A model generated the notes under the pieces. That model ran no database searches and was not told where the DNA came from. It was given only the letters and a program-made list of their open reading frames with translations. Shown piece by piece: positions 35,677 to 45,016 of a stretch of DNA of 64,000 bases. Source of the stretch: a virus. The stretch is from the IMG/VR virus record IMGVR_UViG_3300009151_003928, positions 12,059 through 76,058 of that record; one strand, written 5' to 3'. Each line of letters starts with the position of its first letter. Within the stretch, counting starts at the first letter, position 1. Made by a program: the position numbers and the translations under genes.

Positions 35677-37500
35677 CCAAATTTTTCTGTTGTACTTTTT
35701 ATAATAGTATTCCTGGCACCAAGCCCAGTCAAAGCTCAACTTGAGTGCCTCATAATCCCCATCGACACTATCGTGATATTCAACGCCATCTAATGCGCCT
35801 TGAATACAATACTCAGCATTTTCACCCTCAGCAACTGTACACCAAGTTGTAAGTCTATGTTGAATTTCTAATCCAGCACCTAATACAACTTCACGTTGTA
35901 GTTTCATTGTTTCACGGAAAGCACTACGCCAAGTAATCCATGGATCTGTATTAAAGCGACTTATGCTTGCACAAATAGGAACTACTTCGTGTTCTTTACT
36001 TAAGGTAAAGTCTAAACCAGGATCTGTTTCCAGTACTAACTTTTTATTATATAAGTTAATGTTCATAGCACCGTACTCTAATCCGTTTACAGGATTACGA
36101 CTGTGGAAGATATAATGTTTGGGCTCTTGAAAATAGTCTGGATGGAAATCAAACTTAAAGTCAGGTAATACTTCGGTCTTAGCAAACACCGCATAGAACC
36201 AAGGCGTTGTACTTAAACTGGCAGCGGCTTTATAAGCGGCTTCACGACCAGTAACACCATCACTGCGTTTAGCCCAGGGACAAATACGAGCAAGTGCTAA
36301 CCAGTTATCTTCTGCCATTGGCTCACCGTTGCTGATAAAAACTACATCTGAGTATCGATATCGCGGGCTTATTATACGATGTCCTTTTGTGTCAAGGTAC
36401 GGATAGTCGTATACTTGTGTAACTAAATCTTCTTTTATATCTCTTGGTATTAATGCAGATGATCCGTCTTCAGTAACACGATGGACGATGCGATCTTTCT
36501 TGGTCCATAAGCAAGGAAAGTCTGCAAACATCAAATCCTTTTGGTTTGTAAACATTGCATAGGGAGTTTTAAATTCGTAGTTTTTAATTTCGGTTACTAA
36601 ATCATCAGTATCATAAACATGCACAGGTGTATCAAAACGGGTAAGCACTTGATCTTCACAATAATTAATAACATTAAACCAATCTAGCAACTCTAAGTCA
36701 ACCATTTGCTGTGTAAAACTAGGAACATGTATATAGAATGTATCGCCACGTTTTTGATTGCCGCTTGGAAAGCAATGTATCATTTCACGTTGTGCATCAC
36801 TGGGGTGCCAAGTAAAGTCAAATCGTGTGTAGTCGCAGATACTACTAATAATCCAGACATATTCTGTTGTGGCCAATTTCATGATACGTTTGAATACGTT
36901 AAGATGGCTGTCTACGTAGCGTGTACTTTTAATATCAGGATAGTCACACTTTAATACATCGTATTGATGACGATTAATTGTAGTATTCATAAAGTCCATG
37001 TAGAATATTTGTGTAGCACCTGCCCGGATGCGTTGATCTGTCATGTACTTGACACCGGCACTACCAGGATAAACAGGTCCGCCTTCACGTTGCCATTGTG
37101 TAGGGAAATGATATTCATAGTCGGGCTCTGTACGATCTGGATGCCAACTATAATCAAACTCACTATCGTCTATGTTATCAGGTACAGTCCATAAACTCTT
37201 GTTAGGCTTGCGCCAGACTTGTTGGCCTGTATGAAAGTGCCATTCCTCAAGATGCTGTGTGCGTTTATTAGCTAGATATACTTCGCCGTTACGTTGATGT
37301 TGACTTGGCCAAACATGTAAATGATTTATTTCCCAAGGAACAGGTGTATAATCAAAATCAAATCCGGTGTAGTCATTACCCCCATAAATATACCAGTAGT
37401 GACTAGTCTTACTTTTAGTAGCGGCATCTTCCAATGAAGTCGCAGGTTGTTCAAAAGCAAACAAGCCCGGTTTATCGCCAAAGTAAAAAACATCAAACAT
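35662..37500 (-). CDS. Multi-repeat glycosyltransferase-like protein
   Basis: C-terminal DVVFIS..EP.A..NW...DGV.G..AA.KAAA and WRSAFRE shared with 56034; probable start MFDVFY at 37500. Confidence 0.65.
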   Translation of the reverse strand: MFDVFYFGDKPGLFAFEQPATSLEDAATKSKTSHYWYIYGGNDYTGFDFDYTPVPWEINHLHVWPSQHQRNGEVYLANKRTQHLEEWHFHTGQQVWRKPNKSLWTVPDNIDDSEFDYSWHPDRTEPDYEYHFPTQWQREGGPVYPGSAGVKYMTDQRIRAGATQIFYMDFMNTTINRHQYDVLKCDYPDIKSTRYVDSHLNVFKRIMKLATTEYVWIISSICDYTRFDFTWHPSDAQREMIHCFPSGNQKRGDTFYIHVPSFTQQMVDLELLDWFNVINYCEDQVLTRFDTPVHVYDTDDLVTEIKNYEFKTPYAMFTNQKDLMFADFPCLWTKKDRIVHRVTEDGSSALIPRDIKEDLVTQVYDYPYLDTKGHRIISPRYRYSDVVFISNGEPMAEDNWLALARICPWAKRSDGVTGREAAYKAAASLSTTPWFYAVFAKTEVLPDFKFDFHPDYFQEPKHYIFHSRNPVNGLEYGAMNINLYNKKLVLETDPGLDFTLSKEHEVVPICASISRFNTDPWITWRSAFRETMKLQREVVLGAGLEIQHRLTTWCTVAEGENAEYCIQGALDGVEYHDSVDGDYEALKLSFDWAWCQEYYYKKYNRKIWLELV

Positions 37501-38764
37501 GTATAACCTATCCAATCATTATGAAAATATCTATCAGTACCTACGTACTATTATAGCAGATGTGAGGGTCGCTTATCTACATCCTTTTGGATCAACTTCA
37601 CCAGAAAACATAGAAATGATACGTAATGTTGACAATGAAGTAGATGATATTGACACCGACGTTGCTAATATGAAATTTGATGATTTCTTGCCTACCGACA
37701 AAGACATGTACGATAGGTTTATTAACCATAAATTATTATCTCGTGTGCCACTGTTCTTATTCTATGATCAAGAACCCTTAGACCTACATTATAATTATCC
37801 ATTACTCAAATGGCTGACAGAAAATACTCATGCTCCGTGGGTATTAGTTAACACCGAAAGAAACAGCTACGACCGAGATCGAATATGTAATGAATTGCCG
37901 TTTGCTGAAGTAAACTATTTCTTTCATATTTTTGCGGCAGCAGATTGGTTCCGAGGACATGAATATTTGCCAGGCATTGTTGCTCCTGCCGATCGTAAAT
38001 TAAAGAAAACTTACATATCATTTAATCGTATTACAAGCAACAAACGATTGTATCGTAGTCTATTAGTTAACGAATTATACAAAAACAATTTACTTGAACA
38101 CGGCTATGTTAGTTACAGTAAAGTATGTCCTGATACCAATGATTCATTTGATGTAAGTATTAGGGCAGGCATTCCTGAGTATCCACTCAGTCATGTACTT
38201 AAAGAAGAAGTAATTGCTAACATAGAACAATTACCCGAGTTACGTATAGACTTTGCCAAGGAAGATTTTATTCCCAATCAAAGTATGCTATTAAGTCCCT
38301 TACGTCAACTAATGGAAAGTTTTTTATTCCTAGTAACAGAAACTTGCTACTTTCAAAACAAAACGCATTTGACTGAAAAGATATTTAAACCCATTGTACT
38401 ACGTATGCCATTTATACTTGTGGGCTGTGCCAACAACTTAGAATATTTACGTAGCTATGGGTTTAAAACCTTTGGTGATTTCTGGGACGAAAGTTACGAT
38501 ACTATTTTTGATCCAATACAACGACTTGATGCTATTGTAAAGATTTTAAAAGATATTAGTAGCATGAGTATTGCGGAACAACAAGACATGTTAGTCAAGA
38601 TGCAACCTGTATTAGATCATAACTATAACTTGTTCAATGATCCCAACTTTGTACGTCAAGAATGGGATCATTTAAAAGAACAGCTCAGACTTATGTGTTT
38701 GAACTATGAATTTAAACCGCCGTATAAACCAAATCCTAGACTAGGGCAAGCGATTCCATGCTAA
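37499..38764 (+). CDS. TEK-motif glycosyltransferase-like protein (GT10-like motif)
   Basis: VTET...HLTEKIFKP....PF...G....L..LR.YGFKTF..FWDESYD. Confidence 0.65.
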   Translation: MYNLSNHYENIYQYLRTIIADVRVAYLHPFGSTSPENIEMIRNVDNEVDDIDTDVANMKFDDFLPTDKDMYDRFINHKLLSRVPLFLFYDQEPLDLHYNYPLLKWLTENTHAPWVLVNTERNSYDRDRICNELPFAEVNYFFHIFAAADWFRGHEYLPGIVAPADRKLKKTYISFNRITSNKRLYRSLLVNELYKNNLLEHGYVSYSKVCPDTNDSFDVSIRAGIPEYPLSHVLKEEVIANIEQLPELRIDFAKEDFIPNQSMLLSPLRQLMESFLFLVTETCYFQNKTHLTEKIFKPIVLRMPFILVGCANNLEYLRSYGFKTFGDFWDESYDTIFDPIQRLDAIVKILKDISSMSIAEQQDMLVKMQPVLDHNYNLFNDPNFVRQEWDHLKEQLRLMCLNYEFKPPYKPNPRLGQAIPC

Positions 38765-38926
38765 TTCATGTATATAGTACAAGATAGTATTGGCAATCAT
38801 CTGTGCAATAGCAATACTGGTAGCAAGAAAAAATTGCCCAGTAACCAAGTAACTTATTAAGAATGTACTAGTTGACCCGACCAAGCGCCAGGTCAACGTT
38901 TTCCATAATGTGCGATACTTATTCAA
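38741..38926 (-). CDS. DUF2061-like small membrane protein
   Basis: RTLWKTLTWR...YYIHE..W. Confidence 0.75.
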   Translation of the reverse strand: MNKYRTLWKTLTWRLVGSTSTFLISYLVTGQFFLATSIAIAQMIANTILYYIHELAWNRLP

Positions 38927-39710
38927 TTCCTAAACTCTTACGTATCTTAGTAGCACTAATATCCGTTATCTTTTCATCAAACGTTTCTTCGCCGCTGGTA
39001 TAACCAACTCCACGACCCCATCCAATATGTACAATGTTAGGTACAACTTGTATGTCATACAATCCTTGATATAGCGGATCTAGATCCTGTTTAATAAAGC
39101 TCTTGACTTTTTCTACTTCAAACGGATTGCTACCTTGCCAACCTTGTACGTCACGCACTTGTATAATAACTTGTCCAGTCCGGGCTAACAGTCTTTCAAA
39201 TAGCGCACGGTGTCCGTCGTGCCATGGTTGCCAGCGACCTAACATCTGTACTGTTTCTTTACGCCAATCAAATACAGGGCGTCTGCGGTTTTCTACAATA
39301 TGTTCAGCAATAAAGTCTGCCCATTTAACAGCGTTTTGCTCGTTAACACGGAAGTCGTATACTTCAGGTTCCACAAACATTTTGTTTGTATCAGCATATC
39401 GACCTTCGCGGATAGTATCCATCCAAACAGTCCAGTCTGCTTTGAAGTTATTACGCATTTCTACCAAAGGTGCAACAAAGTCGCAAAGTGCGTAGTCGGT
39501 TCCACAAGTGTCTGCTAGGTCGTACATGCGTTTGCTTTGACGAATACGGCCTGCTTCACTAAAATCCCAATCGTCAAATTGTTTACGAACTTCGTCGGCA
39601 TTAAACCATGTTACGGTTTTGCCACAGTCTTCTAATAGCTTTTTTAGTTCTGTTGCTAGATAAGTTTTTCCTGAGCCAGGAAGGCCCATAATTAAAATAC
39701 GTTGTGTCAT
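38919..39710 (-). CDS. cysC: Adenylylsulfate kinase fused to an HxGH nucleotidyltransferase domain
   Basis: GLPGSGKT, NADEVR, DFS..GR; C-terminal GRWQPWHDGH and ISATKIR. Confidence 0.8.
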   Translation of the reverse strand: MTQRILIMGLPGSGKTYLATELKKLLEDCGKTVTWFNADEVRKQFDDWDFSEAGRIRQSKRMYDLADTCGTDYALCDFVAPLVEMRNNFKADWTVWMDTIREGRYADTNKMFVEPEVYDFRVNEQNAVKWADFIAEHIVENRRRPVFDWRKETVQMLGRWQPWHDGHRALFERLLARTGQVIIQVRDVQGWQGSNPFEVEKVKSFIKQDLDPLYQGLYDIQVVPNIVHIGWGRGVGYTSGEETFDEKITDISATKIRKSLGIE

Positions 39711-41182
39711 GAATATACCTTTACGTTATAGAGTTTTTCAAAGCGATCTGCATCAGCGCGGTCATTGACCATTGGTTCACCTTTAATGTTAAGACTTGTG
39801 TTTAATAACATTGGACAACCAGTTAAGACATACCATTTTTCTAGGAGTTCTCTAATTCCTGAACTATTAGCTGGTACTGTTTGTATACGACTAGTGCCAT
39901 CATAGTGGACAATAGCAGGAAATAACTTAGGGTGGCGACAGCGACCCACCACTTGCATATAACTGCTATCAACAAACCCACTAGGCATGTCAAAGTAATC
40001 GTTAACGTGCTCTGCCAAAATAATCGGCGCAAATGGTCTAAATTCTTGTCTACGTTTAATTTGGTTGACACGGTCTTTTATGTCCGGACCCCGCGGGTCG
40101 GCGAGTAGACTTCTGTTTCCAAGGGCCCTTGGTCCAAATTCTGCTCTTCCAGAGGCCACCCCCACGATCTTATCTCTAAGGAGTCCGTCGAGCGCGGTGT
40201 TAACTGGATAAGGACCGGGAATACTGTGTCCGAGAAATGCATGGTCAAACTGTATTCTGCCGCCGTGGACAAGAGCGGCCGCACCAAGGCTACTACCAGC
40301 ATCACCAGGGTTAGGCATGATCCATACTTTTTCAAAATAATCACCAAGATTTCTATTAGCTAAACAGTTAAGGGCAACACCGCCCATATATACCAAGTTT
40401 GTACTCCACCCAAAGTCTTTTGCGCGGCGCATAACATTATATATCAAATTTTCACAAAAAGCCTGTGCAGAACTGGCAATATCTTCAACATCAAATTTTG
40501 AGTTCCACTCGTAGCTGGTACCAGTGTGTAAATTTTCTTTAAACTTGATGTTCCACTCGTCTGCTAGTAGTTGCATACTCATTGACGTACTGGCTTTATC
40601 AGTCCCATATGCGGCCATACCCATTAAGATGTATTCATCTTCCATGGGCTTTAGTCCAGCTTGTTGTGTCATTGCTGTATAAAACAATCCTATGCTGTGT
40701 GGATACTTCTGCCCCCATAGCCGATGATACTGTGCCCGTCCATTGACATAATGAGCACCCCAAATACTAATTGTGTCCCACTCACCAATTGCATCAATAA
40801 CAACTACAGTAGCTCGATCAAAGGTACTAGTTTGGAATCCAGCCGCGGCATGACTTAAATGATGATTGTGCGAACTATATTCTGGAAATTTAAAACCGCA
40901 AAGTTGTTTTTTTAATATTTGCTGTACAGTAAATTTGTTCCATTCTATTCCTTCTCCACTATACCATCTACGTAACTGTTTTGCCCACGGACGTTCATAA
41001 TATGCAACATGGTATATGGGACTATGTTGCATGACGTCGGTAAACAATTCACTGGCAAATTCAGCATCGTTTTTAATTTTGCTGTAACGTTCACTATGGC
41101 CTGCAAATAGTATCTCTCCGTGAGGGTTTAATACTGTTGCGGCCGCATCATGAAAGCCAGCCGAGATTCCTAATATATTCAT
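39707..41182 (-). CDS. Carbamoyltransferase (NodU/CmcH/SxtI family)
   Basis: HDAAA, ERYS, HHLSHAA, DAIGE, GGVALN, EFGPRALGNRS, RPFAP, LNTSLN..GEP. Confidence 0.95.
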   Translation of the reverse strand: MNILGISAGFHDAAATVLNPHGEILFAGHSERYSKIKNDAEFASELFTDVMQHSPIYHVAYYERPWAKQLRRWYSGEGIEWNKFTVQQILKKQLCGFKFPEYSSHNHHLSHAAAGFQTSTFDRATVVVIDAIGEWDTISIWGAHYVNGRAQYHRLWGQKYPHSIGLFYTAMTQQAGLKPMEDEYILMGMAAYGTDKASTSMSMQLLADEWNIKFKENLHTGTSYEWNSKFDVEDIASSAQAFCENLIYNVMRRAKDFGWSTNLVYMGGVALNCLANRNLGDYFEKVWIMPNPGDAGSSLGAAALVHGGRIQFDHAFLGHSIPGPYPVNTALDGLLRDKIVGVASGRAEFGPRALGNRSLLADPRGPDIKDRVNQIKRRQEFRPFAPIILAEHVNDYFDMPSGFVDSSYMQVVGRCRHPKLFPAIVHYDGTSRIQTVPANSSGIRELLEKWYVLTGCPMLLNTSLNIKGEPMVNDRADADRFEKLYNVKVYS

Positions 41183-41786
41183 AATATTTGTCTGCTACTT
41201 TTACGTGACCTTCGTTTAAGAAATGATTGCTTTTGCCCCTAGGAGATTCAAATGTCCATTCTGCCATGCCATTCATTGGCCACTCTATAAATTGTGTATA
41301 ATCTATCTTGTCTAATAGATCTTGACTGGTGTCTTTAAGTGTACTGTAATAATATTCTGTTTCGCCTTGTGTAGTTGACATTAGATACTTGATGTTTTGT
41401 GTTTTTAGATAATTCTGAGTCAGTATTATATCAGTCAGGTACCGTCGAAACAAATATTTAGGTTCGTGACTTGCTGTTATCAATCTAGCAAACTCGGGCT
41501 GAAACATGTCAATCGGTCGTCCTTGCCAACCGGGCCATACATCAAATGTATTGGTTATGGTTCCAAACTCTACTCGCCCTGGACTTGTCCACCCTACTAC
41601 CACCAAGTCATAATCGGTTGCATGTTCCACAATGTTACGAACTATTTGTGTATTGCCGCCGCCAGGCTTGCCCAAGTTAGTTACAGTGGTATCAAGTTTG
41701 CCGGCCAACACACAAGGCCATGACTGTGTGCGATCTGCTAGATCAGATCCATAGGTAAAGCTGTCGCCTACTGCCAGTATTTTCAT
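41148..41786 (-). CDS. SGNH/GDSL-like protein
   Basis: VGDSFTYG, NLG.PG.GN, GWT...R.E, HF...GH. Confidence 0.75.
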   Translation of the reverse strand: MKILAVGDSFTYGSDLADRTQSWPCVLAGKLDTTVTNLGKPGGGNTQIVRNIVEHATDYDLVVVGWTSPGRVEFGTITNTFDVWPGWQGRPIDMFQPEFARLITASHEPKYLFRRYLTDIILTQNYLKTQNIKYLMSTTQGETEYYYSTLKDTSQDLLDKIDYTQFIEWPMNGMAEWTFESPRGKSNHFLNEGHVKVADKYYEYIRNLGWLS

Positions 41787-41884
41787 TTGTAAATAAATGG
41801 ATCACGTTTACGCAATTCTTTTAATTTCTTGCGATAACGTATTTCTAATGTAATTCTATTGTATATGTTTCTTAACCAATTCAT
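41783..41884 (-). CDS. 33-aa basic micro-protein ending DPFIYK (SxtK-like; not in ORF track)
   Basis: MNWLRNIYNRITLEIRYRKKLKELRKRDPFIYK; fills the gap and is ATGA-coupled to the next gene. Confidence 0.7.
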   Translation of the reverse strand: MNWLRNIYNRITLEIRYRKKLKELRKRDPFIYK

Positions 41885-42632
41885 TGAATTTATCTTTCAT
41901 TATTTTGGAAGCATCCAGATGTGCTTGCTCAAGTGGATGTGTTGTGCCTACTGGGTATTTATTCTCTAACGCCCACTGGTAAAAACCTCTTTGGGTTTTG
42001 GTTTGGTTTGAGCCTTTACCTTCAGGAAACCAAAACCATTTTAAATAGTCAATTTGGTTTAGCAAACTTGATAGTACCGAATCGGCGTTGTCCACTGTAT
42101 GGTTATTAAATAGGCAATTATCTGCACAAGTAAACATAAATGGTATGCCCTTAACTGTTAGATAATTTTGTAGATAAACAATTTCTTTAAGACTACTGTA
42201 TATTTCCCAGTACTCAGTTGACCCTACGTGTTTATAAAAGGAATCTGCAAAATCAGCAACTCCAGTTTGCTTTGCACGTTCAATAGTTTGTTTTTGTGCA
42301 GTAAGTATTTCTGCATTATCTGTAACAAATTCTTCTTTAATAGAATCAATATCAGATTTAATAGTCCAAACATTAATACTGTACCACGGGCTTTTCTTTT
42401 GTTGAGTATTGTAGGCAAATCTAAACTCGTATCGTCCCGGGAATGTCCAACTAACAATTACACCAGTTACACCGCCTTGTTCACAACGTTCTATAGTAGT
42501 ACGAGCAATAGCGTCATTTCCGTAACCTGGCCATGCGACACATTCATCTGCACCCAATAAGGCTGTAAATGTGTTAGCAGGACTTTTTAGTTCACTTCCA
42601 AATACAAAACTATCTCCGGCTGCTATAATCAT
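41856..42632 (-). CDS. SGNH/GDSL-like protein
   Basis: AGDSFVFG, PGYGN, SWT...RYE, HPLEQAH. Confidence 0.75.
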   Translation of the reverse strand: MIIAAGDSFVFGSELKSPANTFTALLGADECVAWPGYGNDAIARTTIERCEQGGVTGVIVSWTFPGRYEFRFAYNTQQKKSPWYSINVWTIKSDIDSIKEEFVTDNAEILTAQKQTIERAKQTGVADFADSFYKHVGSTEYWEIYSSLKEIVYLQNYLTVKGIPFMFTCADNCLFNNHTVDNADSVLSSLLNQIDYLKWFWFPEGKGSNQTKTQRGFYQWALENKYPVGTTHPLEQAHLDASKIMKDKFNELVKKHIQ

Positions 42633-43740
42633 ATCCAGGTTTCATCATGTTAATTTGTAATTGTTTATAATCAGAGTCTGACCAACAAAAATCATAAGTT
42701 TGACTTATGTCTCCCACTTCAATTTTATATATGTCTAAATGGTTTTTAAGTATTTGCCAAACTACTTCAGGGCTATTATTACCAAATGAACCGTCTAAGT
42801 CAATTTGTCCCATTGGCAAGTACCCAAGACTTAATGTAGGATCCGTGCAATCTTTATTATTTTTTTCTAGCCAAGCATAAAAGCCATCTAGTTCGTCGGT
42901 GTGCCACTGACACTCTTTGCCACCATATACTGTATCTCTGCCCCATTCTACATCAAACTCGCCACTATAGTATTTTAACTCATTGATAGCTTCGCATACT
43001 GTGTCAGTTAAGTTTGGTGCGTGTTCATCTCTATATACTTCAAATAGTGTTTTTCCTATTTGTGTCCAGTGCATATATACCCCGCCAAACACACGATCAT
43101 ATCCATTGGTAACAAACCCTTGACGATGTTCAAGTGTCAAGTTATGTCGTTGTGCTTGTAGAAAAGTAGTAATTTGACTAGGACGTATATACTGTGGTGT
43201 TGTTGCTTGTTTGCGCTGACTCAAACATAAGTTCTCCATCTCGTGACAGATGTTGTTTAGTTGACGTATAGCATACTTTGTTTCGTAGTCAGCCAGTTTG
43301 TAGTATTCGCTTAATCCCCACACCGTTCCCTGTAAGCGTTCAAAGTGATTATGCAACGTGTTCATTACACCGTGCTTAATGCCGAGGCCAAGGTTACTTT
43401 CATCCCAGCCTATAGGATATTCGTCTCCAAAGCGTACAGTATCAGGAGTAAAGTATTCTTCGATTACGTATGGCGTGGGCCAAATACCTTTACGATTAAA
43501 TAAATTAATTTTATAAACAGCATCATTAAGTTCTTTACATAGATAGCCTAAATTACGTGCTGTATACGGAAATCCCATAAAGCAGAAATTCTTTTCTACA
43601 AGATTGCCACGCACAAGTAATGCCTTCAATGCGTTAACCCAATCTGTGGCCAGCTGAGTATCATTGGGAACTATTGTATAGTCTACTAAGTCATTTTTAT
43701 CTAACGGATTACGTAATACTACTTTAATTGATTGAGTCAT
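42610..43740 (-). CDS. Conserved hypothetical protein of the tailoring locus
   Basis: LHNHFE, LNNICHEME, W.QIGKT..EV..DE; possible metal-binding helical protein. Confidence 0.65.
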   Translation of the reverse strand: MTQSIKVVLRNPLDKNDLVDYTIVPNDTQLATDWVNALKALLVRGNLVEKNFCFMGFPYTARNLGYLCKELNDAVYKINLFNRKGIWPTPYVIEEYFTPDTVRFGDEYPIGWDESNLGLGIKHGVMNTLHNHFERLQGTVWGLSEYYKLADYETKYAIRQLNNICHEMENLCLSQRKQATTPQYIRPSQITTFLQAQRHNLTLEHRQGFVTNGYDRVFGGVYMHWTQIGKTLFEVYRDEHAPNLTDTVCEAINELKYYSGEFDVEWGRDTVYGGKECQWHTDELDGFYAWLEKNNKDCTDPTLSLGYLPMGQIDLDGSFGNNSPEVVWQILKNHLDIYKIEVGDISQTYDFCWSDSDYKQLQINMMKPGYDYSSRR

Positions 43741-45016
43741 ACCATTCCAGTGCGTCCGGTCTTAAAGACATTATGTCTCTAAAAGTATACACGTCTTTTC
43801 GAATTTTTTCAAGTTCTTGTATGCGAGCTTTGCCCTTACGTAACCCAGCTTGATATTCTGTGGGCCATTGTTCAGCAAAGGTGGGGCGGGTTTTAAGTTG
43901 GACCATTATGTCCCGAAGGGCACCGGGTTCTAAGCCGGCTACTATTTCGTCTACCCAAGGATGCAATACATCTTTAGGTAGTGCCAACGGAGACATAATT
44001 ATGTCCGGACTAAAACTAAAAACTACTTTGGCTAGTACGTCTACTCCAAGTTCTTTTGCGAGCGTTTGTATCGCTTGTACTTCAAAGAGTCCTGGTGTAG
44101 TAAGAGTGAAATCCATACGGATTTGGCGGCGGTGTTGGCTATGCGTAATTCCTTCAATGAAGTTCTTAAGCCACTCATCAAAATTAAGACCTGATCGAAT
44201 ATACTCTCCAATTCGGCCCGTGCCGTCGATGCTTGCACAGATTTGCCAGTCACGTAGCCCAGATAGTATGTCCCTATACAGATTAATACCACGATAATTA
44301 ACACGACTAAGATTTGTATTATACCTAGCGTAAACATTTTTTCCATCTCCAAGTTCTATAATCCGCTTCATGTATCGCCAATGCTGTTCATACATTAACG
44401 GCTCGCCTCCCACCCAATACACCTCTTCCACTCGGTGCTCTTCAACAGCAGTAGCAAACTCTTGCTCTACCTGGGTGTCTTGAAACTTTTCAATTTCTAT
44501 TTTGACTTCAGGTTTCATCCAATTATTCTTTGGATTGTTCCAATCAATCATATTGTTTTGCCGTTGCTCGCTTTCCCAAGCACTGGACAACATATCCCCA
44601 CACATTCGACATTTGAAGTTACACAGATTACTAAAACGGTAATCCCAGCTTACAGGTTTCATCGTGGTATAACCTGTAATGTCTGTACTCGCCATTGCGT
44701 CTAAGTACTTATTGCCAAATAGCTGATTAAAATAACTACGGTAAACATCTGTGTTTAATAGCTTGTCATTACATACTTCGCACTCGGGCAGGGTCTCTCC
44801 AGCCATCATGCGTTGACGTACTGACTTCATGTGTTTGCTATTCCAATGCTCATCTAGAGTAATTGGTATGTACTTGCCCGTGCCTGCTTGGGTGTCTATA
44901 TATTGCTCAAAGTTTTGTGCATCTTCGCGGCTAGCACAGCACATACGACGTTCAGTCTGCGGACTTAGATACGTGTGTACCCAAGGTGCCATACATAGTG
45001 TTGCTGGCTTATTCAT
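43724..45016 (-). CDS. N-terminal twitch-domain radical SAM protein
   Basis: CMAPWVH...CC, CEVC, CNFKCRMC, GGEP, YNTN. Confidence 0.9.
   Translation of the reverse strand: MNKPATLCMAPWVHTYLSPQTERRMCCASREDAQNFEQYIDTQAGTGKYIPITLDEHWNSKHMKSVRQRMMAGETLPECEVCNDKLLNTDVYRSYFNQLFGNKYLDAMASTDITGYTTMKPVSWDYRFSNLCNFKCRMCGDMLSSAWESEQRQNNMIDWNNPKNNWMKPEVKIEIEKFQDTQVEQEFATAVEEHRVEEVYWVGGEPLMYEQHWRYMKRIIELGDGKNVYARYNTNLSRVNYRGINLYRDILSGLRDWQICASIDGTGRIGEYIRSGLNFDEWLKNFIEGITHSQHRRQIRMDFTLTTPGLFEVQAIQTLAKELGVDVLAKVVFSFSPDIIMSPLALPKDVLHPWVDEIVAGLEPGALRDIMVQLKTRPTFAEQWPTEYQAGLRKGKARIQELEKIRKDVYTFRDIMSLRPDALEWYDSIN

Noticed and set aside
38741-42632. Saxitoxin biosynthesis
   Set aside because: Only the generic carbamoyltransferase, GDSL and APS kinase module resembles sxt genes; no sxtA, sxtG or other core genes are present.
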